Source: an uncultured delta proteobacterium
GTDB taxonomy: Bacteria > Myxococcota_A > Polyangia > Fen-1088
Direction: 5' to 3'
Assembly (NCBI GenBank): GCA_963767925.1
Contig: CAVYGB010000001.1
Coordinates: 256,001 to 320,000, forward strand
DNA length: 64,000 nucleotides
Within the stretch, counting starts at the first letter, position 1, and every line of letters starts with the position of its first letter. Both the position numbers and the translations under genes were made by a program. Of the stretch, positions 1 through 8,374 are shown one piece after another. The notes under the pieces are model-generated. The model ran no database searches. It was given only the letters and a program-made list of their open reading frames with translations, and was not told where the DNA came from.

Positions 1-92
1 TCGATCGCGACCTCCCAGTGCACGAACAGCAGCTTCCGCCAGCGCTGTGACCCCAGGCTCGCGGCGGAGAACCCGGGCCAGGCGCTCGTCAC
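1..92 (-). CDS. YqjF/DUF2071-family protein, N-terminus only (runs off the window edge)
   Basis: Minus-strand translation from GTG at 92 gives ..GSQRWRKLLFVHWEVAI, matching the QxWxxLLFxHW motif of DUF2071. AGGAGG RBS lies 5 nt upstream. Not in the ORF track. Confidence 0.65.
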   Translation of the reverse strand, partial: MTSAWPGFSAASLGSQRWRKLLFVHWEVAI

Positions 93-230
93 GCGCACCT
101 CCTGCCGGCGGATCTCGGTGACATGGAAAAGAGGATGGAGCGCGGTGTTGAAAAATCAACCGGGCGGGCTCTTGCAGCGGCCCGGGATCGCGACCGCCAG
201 GCGGCCCATCTCCTCCTGGCGCCTGTCCCG

Positions 231-272
231 ATACCATGTCATGACCATCCCTATGGATGGTATAGAGATGGT
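231..272. promoter_or_regulatory. Putative operator (ACCATCC-N4-GGATGGT) upstream of the RHH regulator
   Basis: Perfect 7-bp inverted repeat at 244-250/255-261, with extra ACCAT/ATGGT half-sites at 233-237 and 268-272, in an AT-richer patch just before the ATG at 290. Confidence 0.45.
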
Positions 273-289
273 GAAGGGAAGGCATCCGG

Positions 290-685
290 ATGGCGGACCT
301 GGAAAAGACCGAGAAAATCACGATCAACCTGGGGCTCGTCGATCTCGGGCAGATCGACCTGCTGGTGGGGGAGGGCTTTTACGCCAACCGCACCGACTTC
401 ATCCGCTCGGCGATCCGCAGCCAGCTCGCCACCCGTGCGGCGGCGGTGGACCAGACCGTCGCGCGGCGGACGCTGGTGCTGGGGACGCAGCACTTCACCC
501 GCGCGCAGCTCGAGGAGGTGCGGCGGGCCAAGCAGACCGTCCAGATTCGCGTGCTCGGGCTGGCCTCCATCGCCGCCGACGTCTCCCCGGAGCTGGCGCG
601 CCAGACGATCACCTCGGTCGAGGTGCTGGGCGCCTTCCGCGCCAGCGCCGCGGTCAAGGCGGCCCTGGCTTCGCGCATGGTCTGA
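290..685 (+). CDS. CopG/ribbon-helix-helix family transcriptional regulator
   Basis: EKITINLG..DLGQIDLLV.EGFY.NRTDFIR.AIR is an RHH signature. This type commonly precedes PHB-depolymerase-type esterases. Confidence 0.8.
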   Translation: MADLEKTEKITINLGLVDLGQIDLLVGEGFYANRTDFIRSAIRSQLATRAAAVDQTVARRTLVLGTQHFTRAQLEEVRRAKQTVQIRVLGLASIAADVSPELARQTITSVEVLGAFRASAAVKAALASRMV

Positions 686-700
686 ACGAAAGGAGTCACC

Positions 701-1930
701 ATGGATGAACCCACATTGGCCCGGATGCTCGAAGCGACCCGCCTGACCAGCCGCGCGCGCTTCGCCGAAGCGATCGCGCTGCTACAGCAGGGACCCGCCG
801 GTGCGGGGATGCCCGGCATGCCCGGTGGCGGGATGCCCCGGATGCCCGGAATGCCCAGTGGCGGCGGCATGCCCAGCATGCCCGGCGGCGGGATGCCCGG
901 GATGCCCAGCGGCGGGATGCCCAGCATGCCCGGCGGCGGGATGCCCGGGATGCCCAGCGGCGGGATGCCCAGCATGCCCGGCGGCGGGATGCCCGGGATG
1001 CCCACCATGCCCGGCGGGGGAGTGCCCGGCATGCGCGTGCGGTCCAGGCCGCGTCCCGGTCCCACCGCTCCCGGTCGCTTCCTCGACCTCACGTACGCCA
1101 GCGCGGCGGGCGAGCGTGCGTACAAGCTGTACGTGCCGCGTGAGCACGCCGGCGCGGCCGTCCCCCTGATCGTTCTGCTGCACGGGGGGACCCAGGACGC
1201 CGACGACTTCGCCGCCGGGACCCGGATGAACCACCTGGCCGAGCGCCACGGGTTCCTCGTCGCGTATCCCCAGCAGTCGAGGAACGCCAACCCGATGGGG
1301 TACTGGAACTGGTTCCAGCCCGAGCACCAGCGGCGCGGCAGCGGAGAGGCGTCGCTCATCGCCGGGCTCAGCGAGGAGATCGTGCAGTCGTACGCCCTCG
1401 ACGGCCGCCGCGTGTACGTCGCCGGGTTCTCCGCGGGCGGCGCCATGGCCGCGGTGATGGCGACCACCTACCCCGATGTCTTCGCCGCCTTCGGTGTCCA
1501 CTCCGGCCTGGCCGCCGGCGTCGCCCGCGACATCCCCTCCGCGTACGCCGCGATGGCGCGAGGCGGGCCAGCCCCTCGGACCCCGCCGATCCCGCTGATC
1601 GTCTTTCACGGGGACTGCGATCCGACCGTCGACCACATCAACGCCGACGGCCTCGTCCAGGCCGCCTTGCCGAGCTCGGGAGCCTATCAGCATCCGTTCA
1701 TCACCACCGGAGAGGTGCCCGGCGGCCGCGCCTACACCCGCCGCGACCACTCCGCCCGCGACGGCACGACGCGGGTGGAGCAGTGGACCATCCACGACGC
1801 CGGCCACGCCTGGTCCGGCGGAAGCCCGGACGGCACGTACACCGACCCCCAGGGGCCCGACGCCTCGGCCGAGCTGATCCGCTTCTTCGCCCAGCACGCC
1901 CTCCGCCACACTCGCCACCGCGCCGCCTGA
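701..1930 (+). CDS. PHB depolymerase/LpqC-family esterase with a Met-Pro-Gly repeat insert
   Basis: LHGGTQ, WNWF, GFSAGG nucleophile elbow, FHGDxD and GHAWSGG motifs. AAGGAG RBS. Confidence 0.88.
   Translation: MDEPTLARMLEATRLTSRARFAEAIALLQQGPAGAGMPGMPGGGMPRMPGMPSGGGMPSMPGGGMPGMPSGGMPSMPGGGMPGMPSGGMPSMPGGGMPGMPTMPGGGVPGMRVRSRPRPGPTAPGRFLDLTYASAAGERAYKLYVPREHAGAAVPLIVLLHGGTQDADDFAAGTRMNHLAERHGFLVAYPQQSRNANPMGYWNWFQPEHQRRGSGEASLIAGLSEEIVQSYALDGRRVYVAGFSAGGAMAAVMATTYPDVFAAFGVHSGLAAGVARDIPSAYAAMARGGPAPRTPPIPLIVFHGDCDPTVDHINADGLVQAALPSSGAYQHPFITTGEVPGGRAYTRRDHSARDGTTRVEQWTIHDAGHAWSGGSPDGTYTDPQGPDASAELIRFFAQHALRHTRHRAA
809..1033 (+). repeat. In-frame tandem repeat encoding (G/S)MP units
   Basis: Repeated atgccc(ggc/agc/ggg) units forming a higher-order ~48-nt GGMPSMPGGGMPGMPS repeat. 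Confidence 0.9.
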
Positions 1931-2222
1931 TCGGCCCGGCGATAGCGGACTCATGTAACGCCGCCTCCGAATCGAAGCGCTCGACTCGCAGGCACCGGAG
2001 GCGTTCGCCGCTGAGGTGTCGCTCGCGCGGCCGCCTGGCTGCGCCCCGCGGGGGCGACCGTGCACGATGGCTGGAGCAGATCGGAGGATTTCCTGCCGCG
2101 ACCGGTTGGCCTTAACGGACGAGCCGGTATATTTTGCGGGAAATGATGGCGGATGGCTCGGTTAGGCTCTAACCAAGCTCCTACCTGTCACCACCTTGTC
2201 GTTCACCGAAGGAGCCTCATCC

Positions 2223-3938
2223 ATGACCACTGTTTTCACGAGACCATCCGGGCCGGGCGCCGGCTCGAGAGGGGGCCTCGCGGCGCTCCTTCTGTTACCT
2301 CTGCTGGCCCTGCTGGCCTGCGGCTCGGACAAGCCGCCGCCCCCGCCGGTGACCGGGGTCGTCGCCGGGGATGGCGGCGCCGCCAGCCCGTGTGGCGGAC
2401 CGGGACAGCCTTGCTGCCAGGCGAACACCTGTGAAGGCGGCGGCTGCTGCGTGCCGGTCTCGGGGGGCAACGGCATCCGCGTCTGTATCGGGGCCGGCCA
2501 GACCTGCACCGGCGGCGGCTCGACCGGCACCTGCAACAACGGCGCCTGCGCCACGGTGGCGGGCGCCCCCTGCGGGCTGACCGGCCAGGCCTGCTGCGGG
2601 ATCAACGCGACCGGCGGCGGCGGGTTCTGCAGCGGGGACTCGGCCAGATGCACGATGGGCACCTGCCTCGAGTGCGGCGGCCCCGGTCAGCTCTGCTGCC
2701 AGGGCGGTGACGCCTACGCCTGTTCGAGCGGCCTGCAGTGCCTGGACAACGGCATGGCCGGTCCGGACACCTGCGGCCAGTGCGGCGGGCCCGACCAGCG
2801 CTGTTGCTCGGACGACGAGTGCGAGACCGGGCTGAACTGCGCGGGCGGCGGCGCCGGTGTGCCGGAGATGTGCCTCGCCTGCGGCGGCGCCGGGCAGCCT
2901 TGCTGCGACAACGACACCTGCAGCGCGGGGCTCGGCTGCTCCGATCCGCCCAACACCGATGGACCGGGGACCTGCACCGCCTGTGGCGGGAGCGGCGAGG
3001 CCTGCTGTCCAGGCGCCAACTGCCAGTCCGGCTTCGGCTGCACGGGGGTCGTGATGGGCATGGGCGGCACCTGCTCGGCGTGCGGCAAGGCCGACCAGGC
3101 CTGCTGTCCGGGCGGCGGCCCGACCGCCTGCGAGTCCGGCCTCGGCTGCGTCGTGGCCACCGGGGGCAACAAGTGCGGCGCCTGCGGCGGCGCCAACCAG
3201 CCCTGCTGCGGCTCGGGGAACACCGGCAACTGTCCCACCGCTGGGCTGGTCTGCACCGGGCGGGGCATGGGCAATCCCGGCACCTGCAACGCCTGTGGCG
3301 CCGCCGACCAGCTCTGCTGCGCCGGGGACAACCCCTGCCGGATGGGGCTGGGCTGCGTGGCGGGCGCGGCGGGCAACCGCTGCGGCACCTGCGGCGCCAT
3401 GGGCCAGGTCTGCTGCGGGACCGGCGGCGCCGGTACCTGCACCGGCGCTGGGCTGGGCTGCGGCGGGCGGGGCGCGGGCAACCCCGGCACCTGCACGACC
3501 TGCGGGGCCGCCGGCCAGGCCTGCTGCAGCATGGGCGGGTCGTGCCAGGGTCCCCTCGGCTGCGTGCAGAGCCCGACCGGCAACACGTGCGGCACCTGCG
3601 GCGCCCTCGGCCAGGTCTGCTGCGGGTCCGGTGGCACCGGCGACTGCCAGGGCGGCCTCGGCTGCAGCGGTCGCGGGATGGGCAACCCGGGGTCCTGCGC
3701 CGTCTGCGGCGGCCCCGGTCAGCCCTGCTGCGACGACAACACCTGCGCGGCCGGCCACCGCTGCGCCATGAGCATGTGTCGCCCGTGCGGGGCCATGGGT
3801 CAGGTCTGCTGCCCCGGCGGCGGGGTCGTGAGCTGCGCCCCGGGCCTGTCCTGCAGCGGCAACGCCAACAACGTCGCCAACACCTGCGCCCCCCCCGCCC
3901 CGCCCGCCCCGCCCGCCGACGCCGGCGTCAACGGGTGA
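2223..3938 (+). CDS. Cys-rich repeat lipoprotein (CGxxxQxCC repeats)
   Basis: AAGGAG RBS, hydrophobic stretch with LLACG lipobox, then 14 CGxx(G/D/N)(Q/E)xCC units. Confidence 0.8.
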   Translation: MTTVFTRPSGPGAGSRGGLAALLLLPLLALLACGSDKPPPPPVTGVVAGDGGAASPCGGPGQPCCQANTCEGGGCCVPVSGGNGIRVCIGAGQTCTGGGSTGTCNNGACATVAGAPCGLTGQACCGINATGGGGFCSGDSARCTMGTCLECGGPGQLCCQGGDAYACSSGLQCLDNGMAGPDTCGQCGGPDQRCCSDDECETGLNCAGGGAGVPEMCLACGGAGQPCCDNDTCSAGLGCSDPPNTDGPGTCTACGGSGEACCPGANCQSGFGCTGVVMGMGGTCSACGKADQACCPGGGPTACESGLGCVVATGGNKCGACGGANQPCCGSGNTGNCPTAGLVCTGRGMGNPGTCNACGAADQLCCAGDNPCRMGLGCVAGAAGNRCGTCGAMGQVCCGTGGAGTCTGAGLGCGGRGAGNPGTCTTCGAAGQACCSMGGSCQGPLGCVQSPTGNTCGTCGALGQVCCGSGGTGDCQGGLGCSGRGMGNPGSCAVCGGPGQPCCDDNTCAAGHRCAMSMCRPCGAMGQVCCPGGGVVSCAPGLSCSGNANNVANTCAPPAPPAPPADAGVNG

Positions 3939-3972
3939 CCTGGCGCCGATAGCGTTCGGTCAAGTCTGTGAA

Positions 3973-4004
3973 ACCTCTCCCCGCGGCAGACCGCGGGGAG
4001 AGGT
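3973..4004. terminator. Strong hairpin between convergent genes (terminator or REP-like)
   Basis: ACCTCTCCCCGCGG-caga-CCGCGGGGAGAGGT forms a perfect 14-bp stem. Confidence 0.55.
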
Positions 4005-4097
4005 CATTTCGCTCCGGCTCGGGGGAGAACCTCTCCGCCGACCCGCCCGGCATTGCGGCCAGCGCTCCGCTGGCGCATCAGCCACCCGCCGCTCCGG

Positions 4098-5027
4098 TCA
4101 GGCCGGGATGGGCCCGAACTTGCCCTCCTCGACGTCGACGAAGGCCTGGCGGATCTCGTCGAAGGTGTTCATCACGAAGGGGCCGTATTGCACGATGGGC
4201 TCGTCGAGCGGCTGGCCGGCCAGCACGATGACGTGGCTGCTCTCGAGCGCGGTCAGCTCCAGGTGCTCGCCGTCGTTGGCGAACAGGATCAGCTCCCCCG
4301 CGCCGGCCTCGACGTCCCCCGCGCGCACCTTTCCCCTGGCGACAACCGCCAGGGCGTTGTGGGTGGCGGGCAGGCTGACCGGCAGGCGCCCGCCGGCCTC
4401 GAGGCGCGCGTCCAGCATGGTGATCGGGGTGAAGGTGTGAGCGGGACCCTGGGCGCCGGCGTGGGCTCCGGCGATGACCCGCACCGATCCGCCCGCTTCG
4501 AGCGGCACGCTGGGGATGTCGGCCGAGGTGATGGGTTGATAGGCGGGCGGCGCGCCCTTGTCCTTGCGGGGCAAGTTCACCCAGAGCTGCATCATGTGCA
4601 TCGGGCCACCGGCGCGGCTGAAGCGCTCCTCGTGGTACTCCTCGTGGAAGATGCCCGCTCCCGCGGTCATCCATTGCACGTCCCCGGGGCCGATGATCCC
4701 GGCGTGGCCGGCGTTGTCCCGGTGGGCGACGGCGCCTTCCCAGGCCAGGGTGACGGTCTCGAAGCCGCGGTGGGGGTGCCAGCCGACGCCGCGCTTGCCC
4801 TGGGGCAGGGGCGCGAAAGGCTTGGGCGGGCCGTAGTCCATCAGCACGAAGGGGCTCACCCGTTCGGCCGGCAGCTTGCCGCTGGGAAAGTAGGTCGACA
4901 CGTGAAAGCCGTTGCCGACCCAGTGGAACGTGGTGCTGTGAAAGACGCCCTCGACGCTGCGGGTGCTGCTGGGCGCAGTCTGGGCGCGGGCTGTCGCGAG
5001 CGGCGGGGCGCTGGCTGAATTCGACAT
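4098..5027 (-). CDS. Pirin family protein
   Basis: HPHRGFETVT, GDVQWMTAGAGIFHEE, QLWVNLP and YGPFVMNT motifs. Confidence 0.95.
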   Translation of the reverse strand: MSNSASAPPLATARAQTAPSSTRSVEGVFHSTTFHWVGNGFHVSTYFPSGKLPAERVSPFVLMDYGPPKPFAPLPQGKRGVGWHPHRGFETVTLAWEGAVAHRDNAGHAGIIGPGDVQWMTAGAGIFHEEYHEERFSRAGGPMHMMQLWVNLPRKDKGAPPAYQPITSADIPSVPLEAGGSVRVIAGAHAGAQGPAHTFTPITMLDARLEAGGRLPVSLPATHNALAVVARGKVRAGDVEAGAGELILFANDGEHLELTALESSHVIVLAGQPLDEPIVQYGPFVMNTFDEIRQAFVDVEEGKFGPIPA

Positions 5028-5085
5028 GCACCTAGTCTAAGCCCCGGGTCGCGGGCGAACAGCCCGGTCGGGGTGATGACTGGTA

Positions 5086-6042
5086 TCACCCGGGGTGATT
5101 GGCGGCCGGGCCCTTGGTGGGCGCCACCGCCTTGCGGCACAGGTCGGTCAGGCGATCCTGGGCCCACCCGGCGACTGGACCCATCACAGCGTTGCGGCGC
5201 CAGACCAGCACCAGGGCGCGCCGGGGGGCCACCGCGCCCCAGGCGTCCAGGGGCAATTCGACGAGGCGCCCGGCGCGCAGGTCCTCGCGCACGAGGTGCT
5301 CGGGCATGTGCCCCCAGCCGAGGCCGCCGGCGATCAGCGCCTGTTTCGTCGCCAGATCCACCACCCGCCAGGTGCGGGTCGACAGCACGCCCTTATCGTC
5401 CTTCTTGCTCTCGGCCTCGTGGCGGTGCTCGCCGAGCACGATCTGCACCGCCTGGTCCAGGGTGGCCGCATCGATCGGGCTGTTCGGATCTTCGGGGTGG
5501 GCCAGGGGATGTTCGCGCGCGGCTACCGGGATGAGACGCACGTCCGCGATCGCCCGGCGGTCGAGATCGCCGAGGTCGGCGTCCTCGATGGCGATGCCCC
5601 AGGCCGCGCGCTTGTCCCGCACGTGCGCCGTCACCGCCGAGAGGATCTCGGTGAACAGCACGAGCTGGACGCCGGGGTGGGCGCGGGCGAAGTCCTGCGC
5701 GAACCCGACCAGCGATGCGGTCGGGAACAGGACGTCCACGACGATCCGCAGCGTCGTCTCCGCGCCCCGCTTGAGGTGGCCCACCAGCTCGTCCAGGGCA
5801 TCGACCTCGGCGCCCACCTTGTCGGCGGCGGAGACGACGGCCTCCCCGTGTGCGGTCAGGACCGGGACCCGCCCGGTGCGGTCGAACAGCCGCAGCTCGA
5901 GCTGCGCCTCCAGCCGATCGATCGACTGGCTGACGGCGGCCTGGACCCGTCCGAGCTGGCGCGCGGCCGCCGAGAAGCTGCCCGCCGCCGCCACCGCGCG
6001 CAAGGTCCGGAGCTGCTCGAACGTCACGCCCTCGATCGACAT
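5086..6042 (-). CDS. LysR family transcriptional regulator
   Basis: N-terminal HTH GSFSAAARQLGRVQAAVSQSI..LE..L..LFDR, and C-terminal GLGWGHMP. Confidence 0.93.
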   Translation of the reverse strand: MSIEGVTFEQLRTLRAVAAAGSFSAAARQLGRVQAAVSQSIDRLEAQLELRLFDRTGRVPVLTAHGEAVVSAADKVGAEVDALDELVGHLKRGAETTLRIVVDVLFPTASLVGFAQDFARAHPGVQLVLFTEILSAVTAHVRDKRAAWGIAIEDADLGDLDRRAIADVRLIPVAAREHPLAHPEDPNSPIDAATLDQAVQIVLGEHRHEAESKKDDKGVLSTRTWRVVDLATKQALIAGGLGWGHMPEHLVREDLRAGRLVELPLDAWGAVAPRRALVLVWRRNAVMGPVAGWAQDRLTDLCRKAVAPTKGPAANHPG

Positions 6043-6142
6043 GACGCGAATCTACGCCGTCCGCTCGGTCCGGTCGACAGAGGGGCTCCGGTAGCCAGAG
6101 GACCGTCATCGCGACGGACGAGCGTGGCCTCGAGCGGCGACC

Positions 6143-6360
6143 GCAAACCTGGGCGGGGCGAACCTGGGCGGCAGCAACCTCGGTGGCTCCAACCCGAGCG
6201 GCAGCAAGTCTGGGGCAAGACCGAGTGCACCAACAGCTCGGGCTGGACCCGCTGCCCGGTCACCTGCGATCCCGCCGCCGGCCTGCAGGTGCGCATCGGG
6301 ATCGGTCTCGGCACCGACAGCGGCGAAGGGCCCATCGACAACTTCAGCCTGGTCCAGTAA
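6143..6360 (+). pseudogene. Gene remnant: pentapeptide-like repeats joined out of frame to a C-terminal beta-domain fragment
   Basis: 15-bp repeats encode ANLGG-ANLGG-SNLGG-SNPSG. A different frame then gives WGKTECTNSSGWTRCPVTCD..IDNFSLVQ* with coding-like codons and no convincing start. Confidence 0.35.
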
Positions 6361-6378
6361 GAGGGCCTCGGCGGCCCC

Positions 6379-6576
6379 TCAGCGGCGGCGCCCGGCCCGC
6401 TTGTGGGCCAGGCTCTCGGCGGTCAGGTCGAGGCCCACGCGATCGATCGGGCCCAGCCCTTCCACCCCGGCCGCGCGCGCCTCCCCCTCGGGGTCGGCGA
6501 GGAACCGGGCGCGGGCCGTTGGGTCCACGTAGATCCGGGCGAGCAACGCCTCCAGCCGCTCGGCCGCGTCGCTCAT
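6379..6576 (-). CDS. 65-aa protein, putative MNIO partner
   Basis: MSDAAERLEALLARIYVDPTARARFLADPEGEARAAG... Its ATG overlaps the DUF692 stop codon (ATGA). Confidence 0.75.
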   Translation of the reverse strand: MSDAAERLEALLARIYVDPTARARFLADPEGEARAAGVEGLGPIDRVGLDLTAESLAHKRAGRRR

Positions 6577-7445
6577 GCCGTGCTCCGCAGGGCGGTCAGC
6601 CGGGCGCGGCCGGCGGCCAGGGCGACGCGGGCCTGCTCGAGCTCGGCCAGCAGCGGGTCGACGCCCGCGAAGCCGCCGTCGCGCTCGATGAGCACGGTCA
6701 GCGGACGGGGGGTGAGCGCCCCCACCTCGGACAGCAGGTCTAGGACCGCGGGTGGGACCGGGTGCTTGTGGTCGTCGAGCAGGCGCCGCTCGCCCCGGCT
6801 CGTCGCGACCCAGCGCCCGCCCGCGAGGTGGACGGCGGCGATGCGGTCGGCGGGGAGCGCCGCCAGCAGCGCCCGCGGCTGGTGCCCGAAGTTGAGCGCG
6901 TTGGCGTACAGGTTCTGCAGATCGAGCAGCAGGTCGCAGCCCGTGCCCTCGAGGATGGCGGACACCCAGCTCGGCTCGTCGAGGACGCTGCCGGGCGGGG
7001 CGATCAGGGTGGCCACGTTCTCCAGCAGCGGGCGGGCGCCGATCACGGCGGCGGCGCGGGCGACGTTGCGCACGGTTCCGGCGATGGTGGCCGGCGTGCG
7101 GGGCGGGGCGCACAGGTGGCCGATCTCCATCCCGCCCCCGCGCACGAAGGCCAGGTGCTCGGACCAGAACCGCGGCCGGACCAGGGCGGCGACGCGGGCG
7201 AAGAGCGGCAAGCGCGCCTCGTCCACCGGAGCAGCCGAGGCCAGCCCGAGCGAGACCCCGTGCAAGACCACCGGCACGTTGGCCGCCAGGGTCTCGAGCG
7301 CCCGCCACTCGGCCGGCGGGGCGTGGAAGAAGTCGTCCGCCATGACCTCGACCACGTCGATCCGATCCAGGTTGGCGAGGATCCCGGCGGCCAGCGGCCG
7401 CCGCCAGCCCAGCCCGAAGCAGTCGTCGATCTGGCGGCCCGTCAT
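6573..7445 (-). CDS. DUF692 / multinuclear non-heme iron oxidative enzyme (MNIO, UPF0276)
   Basis: GLGWR, LHGVSLGL, SEHLAF, LLENVA, LLLDLQNLYAN, HLAGG, DDH and LIERD motifs. ATGA overlap with the upstream gene. Confidence 0.92.
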   Translation of the reverse strand: MTGRQIDDCFGLGWRRPLAAGILANLDRIDVVEVMADDFFHAPPAEWRALETLAANVPVVLHGVSLGLASAAPVDEARLPLFARVAALVRPRFWSEHLAFVRGGGMEIGHLCAPPRTPATIAGTVRNVARAAAVIGARPLLENVATLIAPPGSVLDEPSWVSAILEGTGCDLLLDLQNLYANALNFGHQPRALLAALPADRIAAVHLAGGRWVATSRGERRLLDDHKHPVPPAVLDLLSEVGALTPRPLTVLIERDGGFAGVDPLLAELEQARVALAAGRARLTALRSTA

Positions 7446-8326
7446 CCCCCACACCCGCCGCAGCCCCCGCCACCGCCACAGCCCCCCCCGCCGCCGCAGG
7501 ACGAGCCGGAGGCGCCACAGGAGGCGCCGCCGCCCGAGCGGCTGGCCGCGGCGTGGGCCCTGGGAAACAGGCTGGCGACCCGCCCCTGGTACAGCGCCGG
7601 CGCCGCCGCCAGGCCGAACACGCCCAGCAGCAGGGCCAGCTCGTTGGTGCTTCCGTCGGTCGGGAGGCTCTCGCGCCGGGCGTGCAAGCCCCCGAACAAG
7701 GTGCGCAGGTCGGCCAGCAGGCGGTCGCCGCGGGTCGTGCGCGGGTGGCGGAGGATCCAGGCCAGCAGCAGCAGCGCGATGACCGCGCCGAAGATCAGGA
7801 ACAGGACGTTGTGGCGGCCGCGGCTGAGCGCCACGAACACCTTCACCGAGGCCACCGCCGCCAGGACCGCCGCCGCCAGCAGGCCCAGCCCCCAGCGCGC
7901 GCTGCTCTGTGCCTGATCGGGGATCAGCCCCTGGCGCCGCAGCTCGGCCCGGAGCTCGAGGCTCGCGGCCAGGACCTGCCGGTTCCCGTTCAGGGCGTGC
8001 CCCTTCTGCGGCTGGCGGCAGGCCTCGAGGATCGCCCGCTCGATCGGCCGGCGGACGCGCCTGGCGGCCTGGTCGTCGGCGGCGCGGACCAGGTCCCCCT
8101 CCTGCTTCAACAGACCCCGTTCACACAGGGCCAGCGTCACCAGCCGGATCGCCTCGTTCTCCTGCCCGCGCAGGAAGGCCGCCAGGTAGGGATCCATGTC
8201 GGGCAGACGCGGGACCGGCCCGTCCTCGTTGCGCTGGCGCCGGCGCCTGACGACAACCAGGACCAGCACCGCGAAGGCGGCGTAAAACAGCAGGAACGCC
8301 GGCCCGGGCCAGTCGAACGGATTCAT
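7442..8326 (-). CDS. TIGR04222-like membrane protein with a Gly/Ser/Cys C-terminal tail
   Basis: NPFD..GP.FL.FY N-terminus, DPY..AFLRG motif, about 3 hydrophobic segments, and the tail SCGASGSSCGGGGGCGGGGGCGGCGG*. GAGGT RBS before ATG 8326. Confidence 0.85.
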   Translation of the reverse strand: MNPFDWPGPAFLLFYAAFAVLVLVVVRRRRQRNEDGPVPRLPDMDPYLAAFLRGQENEAIRLVTLALCERGLLKQEGDLVRAADDQAARRVRRPIERAILEACRQPQKGHALNGNRQVLAASLELRAELRRQGLIPDQAQSSARWGLGLLAAAVLAAVASVKVFVALSRGRHNVLFLIFGAVIALLLLAWILRHPRTTRGDRLLADLRTLFGGLHARRESLPTDGSTNELALLLGVFGLAAAPALYQGRVASLFPRAHAAASRSGGGASCGASGSSCGGGGGCGGGGGCGGCGG

Positions 8327-8374
8327 GCCCACCTCATCGTCTCGGTCCGCATCGCGCCCGTAAGCATCGCCCCG

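Noticed and set aside
801..1169. Cys-rich ORF (CPACPAAGCPGCP..) as a metallothionein or RiPP precursor
   Set aside because: An alternative frame of the GMP repeat inside the esterase gene, with no RBS.
2140..2200. Possible tRNA or structured RNA in an AT-richer intergenic patch
   Set aside because: No cloverleaf or T-loop consensus could be built. More likely a promoter region.
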